Shown: one piece after another, positions 36,845 through 46,519 of the stretch
Numbering within the stretch: position 1 is the first letter of the stretch
How the letters are laid out: each line of letters starts with the position of its first letter
Source: Macrostomum lignano
Lineage: Eukaryota
Assembly (NCBI GenBank): GCA_002269645.1
Contig: NIVC01000986.1
Span: forward strand, 1 to 64,000
Reading direction: 5' to 3'
DNA length: 64,000 nucleotides
The notes under the pieces: generated by a model
Told to the model about the DNA's origin: nothing
Database searches by the model: none
What the model saw: the letters and a program-made list of their open reading frames with translations, nothing else
Translations under genes and position numbers: made by a program

Positions 36845-37644
36845 TTAAATTACAGTTCTTTTTTCTTTGCTGATAATCACAAACTGGTAAGGCTGATTCC
36901 ACTTGTCATAGCAAAGATTAACGAATTCCTCTTGTGAAATCTTTCTGCTTGAGTTTTTTGTTGGATTTATGAAATAGGCAGGCGCAATGACCTCATTGTA
37001 AAATCTTTTTAGCCTGTCCTGTGGAATGGTTGGAAACAGGAGAATCAGATTGCAGTTCCACGAATTGTTTTGTTCGGGAGCTCGAACCAATTCTGTGCAA
37101 TGTAAATTACATTGCAATTGTTATGTCGCCCTCTTGTAAAATAGTTTTCTATCTGCTTCTGTGGGCCTGTCATACAATCATCAAAGACGATCAAATGCTT
37201 TCTCCCCTTTTCTAGCTCATCTGGTTGGGGTAGAAGTTTGGTCTTTGGATCAGCCTGTGGATCTCCATAGGTGAACACTTTAATGTTCTGCCATTTTTCA
37301 TTGTCTTTGAGGTGCTTTGCATATTCAGCAGCTACAATTTCAGGGTTACTGGGAAGGCTCATTTGGTTATTAAAACATGCAATAATGTCCTCTTTGTGCA
37401 GTTTGTTTTGCAATCCAGAAATCAACATTTTATACTCATCTTGATACAGTGTGGGAGAGTAGATGTGCAGAGTGTCATAGTCGATAAAGCCAGGTCTAAG
37501 AAGCATGTTAAAGACTCTGAATGTTTTACCTGAACCTGATGAACCAACAACAATGCATCTGAAGTGACTCGGAATTGACTCGTGATGAGAAAACTTAATC
37601 TGATTACGCGTCCAGTGAGGATTGAAGTCGTTTGAAAAGTCCAT
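36845..37644 (-). CDS. A32/FtsK-type DNA-packaging ATPase, one frameshift near 37070
   Basis: Walker A VVGSSGSGKT, Walker B LIVFDD, YFTRGRHNNCNVIYIAQ. Confidence 0.93.
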
Positions 37645-37680
37645 TTTTTCTATGAAAAAAAAATTTAAATAATAAATAAT

Positions 37681-37827
37681 TTAGATGTGTCATTTCGGGA
37701 CTTAGATGTGTCATTTTGGGACTTAGATGTGTCATTTTGGTACTTAATTGTGTCATTTCGGGACTTAGATGTGTCATTTCGGGACTTAGATGTGTCATTT
37801 TGGGACTTAGATGTGTCATTTCGGGAC
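37681..37827. repeat. 7 x 21-bp tandem repeat between the core-protein gene and the ATPase
   Basis: TTAGATGTGTCATTT(C/T)GGGAC units. Confidence 0.95.
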
Positions 37828-38243
37828 TAGTCTTGTACCCTCGGAAAGTACCCTTTAGTCAAATTTGAAACCACTTCCTTTTTTAATGCTAGCCTCATCT
37901 TCTCATAGACTGCAGGGTCCACACTGTCTGGATTTGGGGCCAATGGAGCCAGCGGGGCCAGTGGAGGCTGAATCTCTTGTTTAGGTGTTACAGTATCCTT
38001 TATCTTTTTGGCTGCTGTGGCTACACTGCCAGCCGCTTCGGCAACGTTCTTGATGTTCTCTTTGTTCTCTCCAATGACCTTAAAAATCTTGGCCCCCTGA
38101 GCGATCAAATCGGCAAGACCGTTCCCTGAGCGTTCTTTTCTTGGATAGTGGCCTGCAGGGAAAAGTCCAGATCCGCGTTTAATGAGATTAAGTTCCTCTT
38201 TGTCGTAGTATTTGTCAATGTCTTTTTCGAAAATAATTGGCAT
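37827..38243 (-). CDS. Small core protein with G-x-G putative protease sites (138 aa)
   Basis: ATG at 38243 in AAAAAGATG context; KRGSG-LF, RSGNG-LA; amphipathic DLIAQGAKIFKVI. Confidence 0.65.
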   Translation of the reverse strand: MPIIFEKDIDKYYDKEELNLIKRGSGLFPAGHYPRKERSGNGLADLIAQGAKIFKVIGENKENIKNVAEAAGSVATAAKKIKDTVTPKQEIQPPLAPLAPLAPNPDSVDPAVYEKMRLALKKEVVSNLTKGYFPRVQD

Positions 38244-38259
38244 CTTTTTAAATAGAAAT

Positions 38260-39453
38260 TTATTTTTTGTTGAACCGCGAAAGCAGAAGCTCTCTCGCCC
38301 TCTTATCGATGTATTTTCTCTCAAGCATTTTATTGAGGATGTTGACAAATTCTTTTCTATTCTCGTCTTTCATTCCGGTCTTTGCCGCTCCTAGAAGAAC
38401 CGCTACTCGCTTGTAGATTTCAGAAATTCCTTTTCCAGTTGAGGGCGGTTGGTCTTGAGGTTGTGGAGTTGGTTGGGCTTGTGGCTGCTGGGGAGGTGAT
38501 GCAAAAGACTGCTCACTTTCAGAGATGGAACTGTCATGTGGTGCCTGTCTTTGTTGAGGTGTGAAAACTCTTTGCTTGATTCTGTTCATTCGATCTGGAG
38601 AGTGTTGTTCTAAGTGTTGCCAATCTGTTGGGTTTTGTTTCTTATATTCAGCTACTTGAGTCGGATCTGCATTTTCCAGTTGCCTGAGTACTTCTGTGAA
38701 ATGTTGCTGCTGCTGTGGTTGTGGTTGTTGTTGCTGTTGTTGTTGTTGTTCTAGATATTTTATGACTTCCGCCTGATCTGGCAAATCGAACCATTGTTTA
38801 AAGTGCTTGTACTTTTTGAATCTAGTCAGGTTGACACCGTTATCATACATAAGTCTCAGGACTTCTGGGGCCTTTAGTATTTCTATATCTCTAGCAAGAG
38901 CAAAAGTCACTAGATCTCTATAGTTCTTTAGCTGTTTGTCCGAGATTCTCTCTTGGTTCTTGGTCATAAAAGTCAGTAAGGTTTCTGTGAAAGGAATGCT
39001 CTTAGTTTCCGAGCCTTTGACAACAGAAATATGTTTCTTATTTATGTCGATATAATATTCCACTGGTTCATTATAAATGTTTTTTCTCCACATACTTATT
39101 CCAAATACATATTTCCCATCATGTTCTACACGCTCTACTGGTCCAAAAATGTTATCTGTCACTTTTAGTTGCTGTTGTGGTTGTGGTTGTTGTGGTTGCG
39201 GCTGTATCTGTGGTGCTTCTGGAATTTTGCCCAAAACCTTTTGCACTTGGGTTTCCTGTATGTCGTCGATAGTTTCTTTGACCTGATCAAAATTTTTCTT
39301 AGCTTCTCCATACCCGGGTTTATGAAACTCTGTGGCTGCTTGGACAAACTCATTGTAGGATTGTTGCTCCTTATTTATTAGCCCGGTAACTCGTTTCTCT
39401 GCTTGTGCTAGCTTCTCCAATTCAGATATCTGCTGTGTACTTTTCCGCTTCAT
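38260..39453 (-). CDS. Conserved Polinton core protein, 397 aa
   Basis: N-terminal coiled coil, DNIFG...YYID module, Gln-rich linkers, C-terminal TGKG-IS...RVAVLLGAAKTG. Confidence 0.65.
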   Translation of the reverse strand: MKRKSTQQISELEKLAQAEKRVTGLINKEQQSYNEFVQAATEFHKPGYGEAKKNFDQVKETIDDIQETQVQKVLGKIPEAPQIQPQPQQPQPQQQLKVTDNIFGPVERVEHDGKYVFGISMWRKNIYNEPVEYYIDINKKHISVVKGSETKSIPFTETLLTFMTKNQERISDKQLKNYRDLVTFALARDIEILKAPEVLRLMYDNGVNLTRFKKYKHFKQWFDLPDQAEVIKYLEQQQQQQQQPQPQQQQHFTEVLRQLENADPTQVAEYKKQNPTDWQHLEQHSPDRMNRIKQRVFTPQQRQAPHDSSISESEQSFASPPQQPQAQPTPQPQDQPPSTGKGISEIYKRVAVLLGAAKTGMKDENRKEFVNILNKMLERKYIDKRARELLLSRFNKK

Positions 39454-39483
39454 TTCTTATTTTATTTTATTTTTAGTTAAAAA

Positions 39484-40770
39484 ATGAACGACCCACTGAC
39501 ACCAGTTTTCTACAAAATTAACAAGCCTATTTTGAGTGATAATAGCACAATCAAAGCGACTCAGGTAAGAGTTCCCAGTCAGGAAAATCAGAATGAAACT
39601 AATCTTGGTCCTGGTCAAACACTGACATTTACATACAATGGATGTTCGTCTTTGGTTAGTGTGCACAGTCTTAAGAGCGGCTTCCATATGACATTTCAAT
39701 TCAAGACAAAGGGTGGTGCGGATGCGGCTCGTGCTAACGTTGACAAGCATGATGCGGATGTGGCTCTGATCAGTAACTTTTGGGCGTACATGTTCAAGGA
39801 GTTTAGTGTATCGAATGGGAGCACTGAGTTGGAGCGAATCGCCAACTTTGGAATTGTCTATGACGCTCATTTTTTGATCGAGAATCCTGATTTTATTCAA
39901 TTGGGAAGTGGTGCGGGTTTTATCGCAGATGAAAAAGAAGGAGACATCAATGACAGTGGCTATAAAAAGAGGAAGAAGAGATACAACTATGCATTGCAAG
40001 GTGCAGATGATGCTGCTAAGAACCCGCAGTATCGGTCTGTTGATGTATTTGTACCATTGAGATTCATGAGTGGATTCTGTAATACATTTAATCGACTGAC
40101 TAGTAACTTTAGCTACACATTTAGACTGACTAGAGATGATCGCAGTAGAGTGTTGTGGACTGGGGCGGACCACACAAGGATGGAGGTGAAGCTAACCGGA
40201 ATCGAGCTGTATTTGGAAGTCATTGAGCCAAAGACTGCACTAAAAGCGGATTATCTTAAGGCAATAGAGAAGGACATTGATGTTGCATACACAGCCTACA
40301 TGTGTCGAGATGAGCGAAACGAAACTAGAACAAACATCTGCATTAAAGAGGGATCATGCAGCAATCCAAGGTATATTATTATTAACATGAGAAACCCAAA
40401 TAGCATTATACGCTACATGCATGAAGACGTGCGGTCCATTCAGCATGAAATCAGTGATAATCTTTACCCTGCACTGCCACAAAATGGAGATTTCAGTCAG
40501 AACAAGATTAGCAAATTTTACAGCGAGTTAGTCGACTTGGCTGTGAAAGAGAACAATGGAATTGCTATCACTGCTCTTCAATATGGAACTCTATATCCGA
40601 TGTTTGGCGCTGATGTGTCTGCCAGACAAATGCCTACTGATAACAGCCCTGTGAATATCGTGACTAACATTGAAAGGACTGCCGCAACACCCGTGGACCT
40701 GTACATTGTCTATGCATTTGAGAGGAAGGTGAAGCTTAACATGATCAACAATTCATCCAGTAAAGTTTAA
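39484..40770 (+). CDS. Major capsid protein (double jelly-roll), 428 aa
   Basis: Size, beta-rich composition, position upstream of the minor capsid gene; LYPALP...DFSQNKISKFY and YGTLYPMFGADVS are typical Polinton MCP motifs. Confidence 0.85.
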   Translation: MNDPLTPVFYKINKPILSDNSTIKATQVRVPSQENQNETNLGPGQTLTFTYNGCSSLVSVHSLKSGFHMTFQFKTKGGADAARANVDKHDADVALISNFWAYMFKEFSVSNGSTELERIANFGIVYDAHFLIENPDFIQLGSGAGFIADEKEGDINDSGYKKRKKRYNYALQGADDAAKNPQYRSVDVFVPLRFMSGFCNTFNRLTSNFSYTFRLTRDDRSRVLWTGADHTRMEVKLTGIELYLEVIEPKTALKADYLKAIEKDIDVAYTAYMCRDERNETRTNICIKEGSCSNPRYIIINMRNPNSIIRYMHEDVRSIQHEISDNLYPALPQNGDFSQNKISKFYSELVDLAVKENNGIAITALQYGTLYPMFGADVSARQMPTDNSPVNIVTNIERTAATPVDLYIVYAFERKVKLNMINNSSSKV

Positions 40771-40793
40771 ATATTTTTTTTATGTGAAAAAAA

Positions 40794-41657
40794 ATGGAAG
40801 CGATTGCTGAAAGACCAAACAACATTGTTTCTCACTCTAAGGAGAGCATTCCTATTACAATAACTGGGCGAATTAATGACTCAAACGGGATATTTGTTGA
40901 AAAATTAGAGCAGGCGATTCGCCTGGATCCAGGCGCTAATTACCATGTCTATCTTAACGACTTCACTGGTTGGTCAAACGTTCCCAATGTGATGGCAGCA
41001 AATAATAAGTTTTATTACAAATGGAAAGGTGCAGCAGCAGACCCTGTGGTATTCCATGTGAGCACGCAAAGTGTGGATACCTACAATAACTTTCTAGAAA
41101 ATGTCTTTACTAAGAGAGGCCATTTTGAGACACCTGATGCGAGTAAGCCAGAGAAGAAACTGTTCCCTGTCAAACTAACCTATGATCTCACTGTAATGAG
41201 AGTGGTCATGCAAGTTCACAAAGATGCGGAGGTTGAGTTTAAAGATGACACTTGGTATAGGGAACTGGGATTCGAGAAGAAAGTTTATAAGGCAGAATCC
41301 GCGGCGCGGACCGCCACTCAAGCATCGGGGACTGTTAAAATGGCCCGGGAAAATGTAAGCGGTTTGTTCTTAGCACCCAATATTGCAGACATTGTAAAGG
41401 GTTTGAATATTCTAATCAGAAGCAATCTCAGTCTTGATTGGGTATTTAAGGGAAAGCGAACGAATATTTTGTACAACATCTCCAACTCTGTAGCTGGAGG
41501 ACAGATGGTGGTAGAGAAACCAAATCCAGTGAAAAGAGTTGTATTGAGTAATAAGGAGATTCATGAGATTGTGCTACAGTTTGAGACTGAAGATGGGGTG
41601 GGTGTTGATTTCAACGGTGAAGAGTTTGTATTGACGTTGATCATTGAGAGAATGTGA
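40794..41657 (+). CDS. Minor capsid (penton, single jelly-roll), 287 aa
   Basis: IRLDPGANYHVYL...WSNVPNV..NNKFYY; ILIRSNL...NILY; IVLQFETEDGVGVDFNGEEFVLTLII. Confidence 0.88.
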   Translation: MEAIAERPNNIVSHSKESIPITITGRINDSNGIFVEKLEQAIRLDPGANYHVYLNDFTGWSNVPNVMAANNKFYYKWKGAAADPVVFHVSTQSVDTYNNFLENVFTKRGHFETPDASKPEKKLFPVKLTYDLTVMRVVMQVHKDAEVEFKDDTWYRELGFEKKVYKAESAARTATQASGTVKMARENVSGLFLAPNIADIVKGLNILIRSNLSLDWVFKGKRTNILYNISNSVAGGQMVVEKPNPVKRVVLSNKEIHEIVLQFETEDGVGVDFNGEEFVLTLIIERM

Positions 41658-42184
41658 GAAAATGCGTTCCCTTTTACCGAGAATAGAGTGGTATGAAAAA
41701 ATGCGCGCATGTGTACTCAAAATCTCTTACCCCATTCTGACAGTTTGTGGGCGTGGGCGTCGCGTGTGTGGGGGAGAGGGGAGTGTGTGTGTGTGTGGGC
41801 GCAGCGCGCGTTGGGGGAGAGAGATTTTCACTTTAACTGAGCCCAGCCGAGGAAGAATTTCCTTGATTGATATTGGCCTTCGCTTCTCTTCTCTCCACAC
41901 AAGTGTACAGTCTTGAGCACACTGGTTTCGGCTACAATTTCTCTTTCCACCATGCTTCTCCTTGGGGGGGGGGGGGTGGGGGGGGTTTGTATTATATGCT
42001 TCTAATAAAGAAATAGGCAGACTGCTGAAAGAAATAGGAGAAATTTGTTTCTAGCGGACGCTCGAACTCGCATCGTATCTTCGTAAGTAAATCCTGACTT
42101 ACTTTAAACCATTTTCTGTAACTTTCAGTTGCTTTTTTAATTCTAAACTATTTAAAACACTCTACTTATATATTTGTAGACAAA

Positions 42185-42823
42185 ATGTTTAATGCAACTA
42201 CAGCCAGAATCACCATGCAAGATCTCACAGGTTTTATCGATTCCATCGATCAATTTATTGTTGAGGAGCATAAGGATGACGTTAAAGACATGGTTCGAGA
42301 ACTCTGGGAAAGATTATCTGAAGATGAAGAAAGGCATCTGCGAGTCAGTGAAGAAATGAAAATACGGAAGATGAAGGAAAGAGCCACGGATGTATTCCAT
42401 AAACTTCGAAGTTCGCTTCAATATGAGAACGAGCAAGCGGCTCAGGCAGAGGTAATTAGTGAGGGGGAGTTAGAAGCCATCTGCAACGACATCACAAACC
42501 GAGGTCCTGTTGACAATGGGGTGCCAGAACTGCATGAAAACCTGGTTAAGCAGGGCCAAATTTACAACCGGCGAACTTGGGTGGCAGCATTTTTTCTTGG
42601 AAAAGTGTATGACCAATTTATTACGAGGCATCAGCAGACATTAACAAGCCTGGCGGAACTGTTCAGCGTGAGTTACTACTACGTGCAATCCCGCCATAAC
42701 ATCTATACTCTGGTGATCGAGCTTCCACGGCTCCGCTTTTGCTCTGTTTCGGCTACATTCCTGCATGACAACTCTAGGACGATTCGGAGCGAAAGGTGGT
42801 GGCAAACGGATGCAGCAGATTAG
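42185..42823 (+). CDS. Polinton cargo gene (212 aa; HTH-like segment), apparently spliced
   Basis: Open frame with helical content and LTSLAELFSVSYYYVQSR. Upstream GTAAGT (42083) ... TTTGTAG (42179); downstream GTGAGT (42891) ... TTTTTGCTGCAG (43518). Confidence 0.6.
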   Translation: MFNATTARITMQDLTGFIDSIDQFIVEEHKDDVKDMVRELWERLSEDEERHLRVSEEMKIRKMKERATDVFHKLRSSLQYENEQAAQAEVISEGELEAICNDITNRGPVDNGVPELHENLVKQGQIYNRRTWVAAFFLGKVYDQFITRHQQTLTSLAELFSVSYYYVQSRHNIYTLVIELPRLRFCSVSATFLHDNSRTIRSERWWQTDAAD

Positions 42824-42895
42824 CTAGATCCGACTCCCCCAACAAGACCTCCATCGGCGGCTGAACTTCAGGGCCTTCTCGATGCTTACTGTGAG

Positions 42896-43440
42896 TTATC
42901 TGTGTGAAATGAAGGAAAAAACCGTGTGTATTATTGGCCCACCCAATATGTGTGAAATGAAGGAAAAAACCGTGTGTATTATTGGCCCACCCAATATGTG
43001 TGAAATGAAGGAAAAAACCGTGTGTATTATTGGCCCACCCAATATGTGTGAAATGAAGGAAAAAACTGTGTGTATTATTGGCCCACCCAATATGTGTGTC
43101 TTGTGCTAAAAATAGCCAGAGCTTGCTGTGTAAAAAAGCACGCGACAGTGTGGAATGTGGAACGTGGGGGGGGAGATTTTCTCAACTGTAGCTGGACCAA
43201 TATGTGAGGTGGTGGAAAAACCTTGTGTATTATTGGTAGAACCAATATGTGTGGGACAATGGAAAAACCTTGTGTATTATTGGTAGAACCAATATGTGTG
43301 GGACAATGGAAAAACCGTGTGTATTATTGGTAGAACCAATATGTGTGGGACAATGGAAAAACCGTGTGTATTATTGGTAGAACCAATATGTGTGGGACAA
43401 TGGAAAAACCGTGTGTATTATTGGTAGCACCAATATGTGT
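42896..43440. repeat. Two related minisatellites (4 x 48 bp; ~5 x 46 bp)
   Basis: Shared core CCAATATGTG...GAAAAACCGTGTGTATTATTGG. Confidence 0.92.
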
Positions 43441-43729
43441 CCTGCGCTCTCCCCACTGCCTCTCTTTTATAAAAATATAGTACTAATGTGAATACTACCA
43501 CTCAACTTTTTGCTGCAGATGATGAAGCTGGCCAGCCTGCTGCTGTTGGAGACGGCAAGCAGCTATGGATGACTGAGCTCTTTTGAACAACTTAGCATTG
43601 ATATCATGGACTTAAAGTCGCTAATCTAAATACACTATGGTTGTAATTTTTAAGCCTCTTCTAACTTCAAAGCCTGCTTATTAAAATAAATGATAACTGA
43701 ATCAACATATTCCGGTTTTTTTGTTAATT

Positions 43730-44410
43730 GACGAAGCTTCGTAAACTCTTTAATGAAAAAGCAGAAAATGCTAAAATATATTTTTAACCTAATGCTAGTA
43801 AAAGTAGTAGTTCAGAGTGAAAATTCTAAGCGACAGAAAATTTCAACTTACGAAGCTTCGTAAACTCTTTAATAAGAAAGCAGAAAATGCAAAAATATAT
43901 ATTTAACCTACTGCTAATAGAAGTAGTAGTTCAGAGTGAAAAGCATAAAATGCTAAAGTATATTTTTAACCTACTACTAGTAGAAGTAGTAGTTCAGAGT
44001 GAAAATTTTAAGCGACAGAAAATTTCAATTTATGGAGCATTGTAAACTCTTTAATGAAAAAAGCGTAAGATGCTAAAATATATTTTTAAACTACTGCTAA
44101 TAGAAGTAGTAGTTCAGAGTGAAAATTTTAAGCGACAGAAAATTTCAATTTATGGAGCATTGTAAACTCTTTAATGAAAAAAGCGTAAGATGCTAAAATA
44201 TATTTTTAAACTACTGCTAATAGAAGTAGTAGTTCAGAGTGAAATTTTAAGCGACAGAAAATTTCAATTTACGAAGCTTTGTAAACTCTTTAATGAAAAA
44301 GCATAAAATGCTAAAAAATATTTTTAACCCACTGCTAATAGAAGTAGTAGTTTAGAGTGAATATCTTTAGCGACAGAAAAATTCAATTTACGAAGCTTCG
44401 TAAACATATA
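43730..44410. repeat. ~120-bp AT-rich tandem repeat, ~5-6 copies, next to the right TIR
   Basis: Repeated GTAAACTCTTTAAT...AGAAGTAGTAGTTCAGAGTGAAAATTTTAAGCGACAGAAAATTTCAA. Confidence 0.9.
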
Positions 44411-44595
44411 AAAGACAATCAAGATTCAGAGAAAATTTAGATTTTTTCAAAGGGTAAGGACCCTGCGCTGATGATTTAAAGTCTTAGGGATCTGGTTTCA
44501 TGTTGCGAATTGAATGTGGGGATAAGAATGCAGATTGTTTTCTGATTGTTTCGAAGATGCTATGGGTGGATGTTGGTGTCAATGAACATAACAGG

Positions 44596-44875
44596 TGTTA
44601 GTGGACATCTGTTATGCACTGATTCTGTCAGGGATAATATGGATGGATTTAATACGATTATGTTCGAAGTTTTCGGAGCAAGTGCGACCCCTCCACTTTT
44701 TCATGATTCTGTCGGGGATAATATGGATGGATTTAATGGGATTATGGAGGACGTTTTGTGAGCGAGTGCGACCCCCCTTTTTTTCTGATTCTGTCAGGGA
44801 TAATATAGATGGATTTAATGGGATTATGGAGGAGGTGAAAAATTTTGTCCCAGAAGCCCCCTCATGCCTTCTACT
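44596..44875 (-). repeat. Right TIR (280 bp; diverged extension ~44430-44545)
   Basis: Reverse complement of 28047-28325. Confidence 0.95.
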
Positions 44876-45953
44876 CCATTCTTACAATCTTTTTGACCTA
44901 CTAGACTTTAAATAATTTACTAGCTCTCTGAAAATATATTATTGCCTTGCCTGAAGTTGCCGAGTGTTCGTCGAAACATGTCGCGCGTAAATTGACTAAT
45001 AAATTATAATTTCGTAATTTCGTATTATCAAAGATAAAATGCGAATTTTCGCCTTTGCTTTCATTTTCCTGACTTTCCTCAAACGGTGTACCTTACCTGG
45101 ACTTTACAAAGTAACTATTGGTATTTGATTATTCTATTTAATTGGACATCTGCACGTATTGTTTGACACGTTAAGCAGATTAAGTTTACTCTCTTTTGTT
45201 TAAATCTTTATACTCCAATTTCAAATTACTATAAAAACGTTTTGAATTTCGCCTCCAAGCTGGTGGTCCGGTTTTGTCGCTCGTCGCTCTTGACTTTGTG
45301 CTGGCTCAAATATTTATAGGGAAATATATTGAATACTCGTGTTCGACAGTATTTCGACAGCTCCCTGTAATTCGCCAAGTTTACTACTACTTCTTCATAC
45401 TGATGAGGACGCACTTTTTTTCCAAATCCCGCGCTAGCACATGGGCTCTAAACTTACTAGCCTACTAACAGTGGGCAATGGGCATTTTTATCCTGTTTCT
45501 GCGAATTGTCATAGAATCTATACTAGATATAATGTTTGGTCATACTAGTAGTCATAATAACATAGGCGCAGCTTTTTGGGTCAGGAATCATCGCTTACGA
45601 AGCTGGTCTGACAGCCACCTGCGCCTCACTCAGTGTTGAGGCGGGCGCCAGATGGTCTGAGGGGGTGCGAATGATAGCTTTTTTCTCATCATTTTGACAG
45701 GCCATCAAGATTTATGAGGTCAGGGCCTATTGTTCGTGTTCACTCAAGCGTGTGACAGTTTTGACAGCTATGCGTTTTACCCCTAAAAGTACTTTGGGAT
45801 TAGCAATTAGCGATTTCTCTTCATTATCTTCACTTTCTATTTACTCGTAATAAGAGCTTTCTAATGTATATTTTCTCATTAATTTTTGTCAATTCTACGC
45901 GAAAAGTCATAAATCATTTTGTTGCGATTTTGATTGATTTATGGCCGCACCTG

Positions 45954-46339
45954 TGATGTTTTTACGACCCCGAGGGAACTGATAGGATCTCCCGGTCACG
46001 TGATTCTGGGTAGCAACAAGCTTAGCCAATCAGATAATTCGACGCTCATTTTAACAGATCGGCTCAGCCAATCAGAAAATTCGACGCTCATTTTAACAAA
46101 TCGGCTCAGCCAATCAGAATCGACGTGTTCCATTATAACAAACTGCGGTCCAGTTGGCGGCTATTTAAACCGGTGTTTTTGGCCCGCTCGGACCTCACCT
46201 CTCCTGGGATCTTGGCCTAACTTAGACCTCCCGGAGCTCGACCGTCGTCTCTTGATCCCCGGATCACGACTCCCCCCATCATCATCAAGGACGAATCCCC
46301 CCGGGTCGTCAGCAGCGAACACCAAGATTAAGAACATCA
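45954..46339 (+). mobile_element. Solo LTR, 386 bp
   Basis: TGATGTT...AACATCA termini, 4-bp TSD CCTG on both sides, CACGTG, three AGCCAATCAG boxes and TATTTAAA. Confidence 0.85.
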
Positions 46340-46519
46340 CCTGCTAGCTATCTGCGAAGCAAGGGACAACTAAAACTACCAGGAAGCGAAACAAGCCAAA
46401 GCATGGTGAAAAAAAGTTGGGGGCTCGTTTGAAAGCAGTGTTCTATGGCCGTTCCAACGGCAACTCTTGAGTCTAAAGAGGTGTGAGGGCAAATTAAAAG
46501 CCCTCAACTCTTGTGCGAC

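Larger units (their letters stand above)
28047..44875. mobile_element. Complete Polinton/Maverick (adintovirus-like endogenous virus), 16,829 bp
   Basis: Termini AGTAGAAGG...CCTTCTACT; 6-bp TSD CCATTC at 28041-46 and 44876-81; full complement of INT, pPolB, PRO, ATPase, MCP and mCP. Confidence 0.96.
26637..45101 (+). mobile_element. 5'-truncated Penelope-like element with inverted 5' pseudo-LTR, split by the Polinton
   Basis: 26637-27007 is the reverse complement of 27870-28046 plus 44882-45076. Candidate 12-bp TSD CTTTACAAAGTA at 26625-36 and 45102-13. Confidence 0.88.

Noticed and set aside
39457-40173. 238-aa antisense ORF over the major capsid gene
   Set aside because: A shadow frame with no motif or start context.
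28811-41859. Treating the 57-bp inner inverted repeat as the element's termini
   Set aside because: It has no TSD or AG...CT ends; the true ends with the CCATTC TSD are at 28047 and 44875.
42896-43440. CRISPR-like appearance of the 46-48-bp repeats (also 37681-37827 and 59295-60710)
   Set aside because: The units are contiguous with no unique spacers, there are no cas genes, and the context is eukaryotic.
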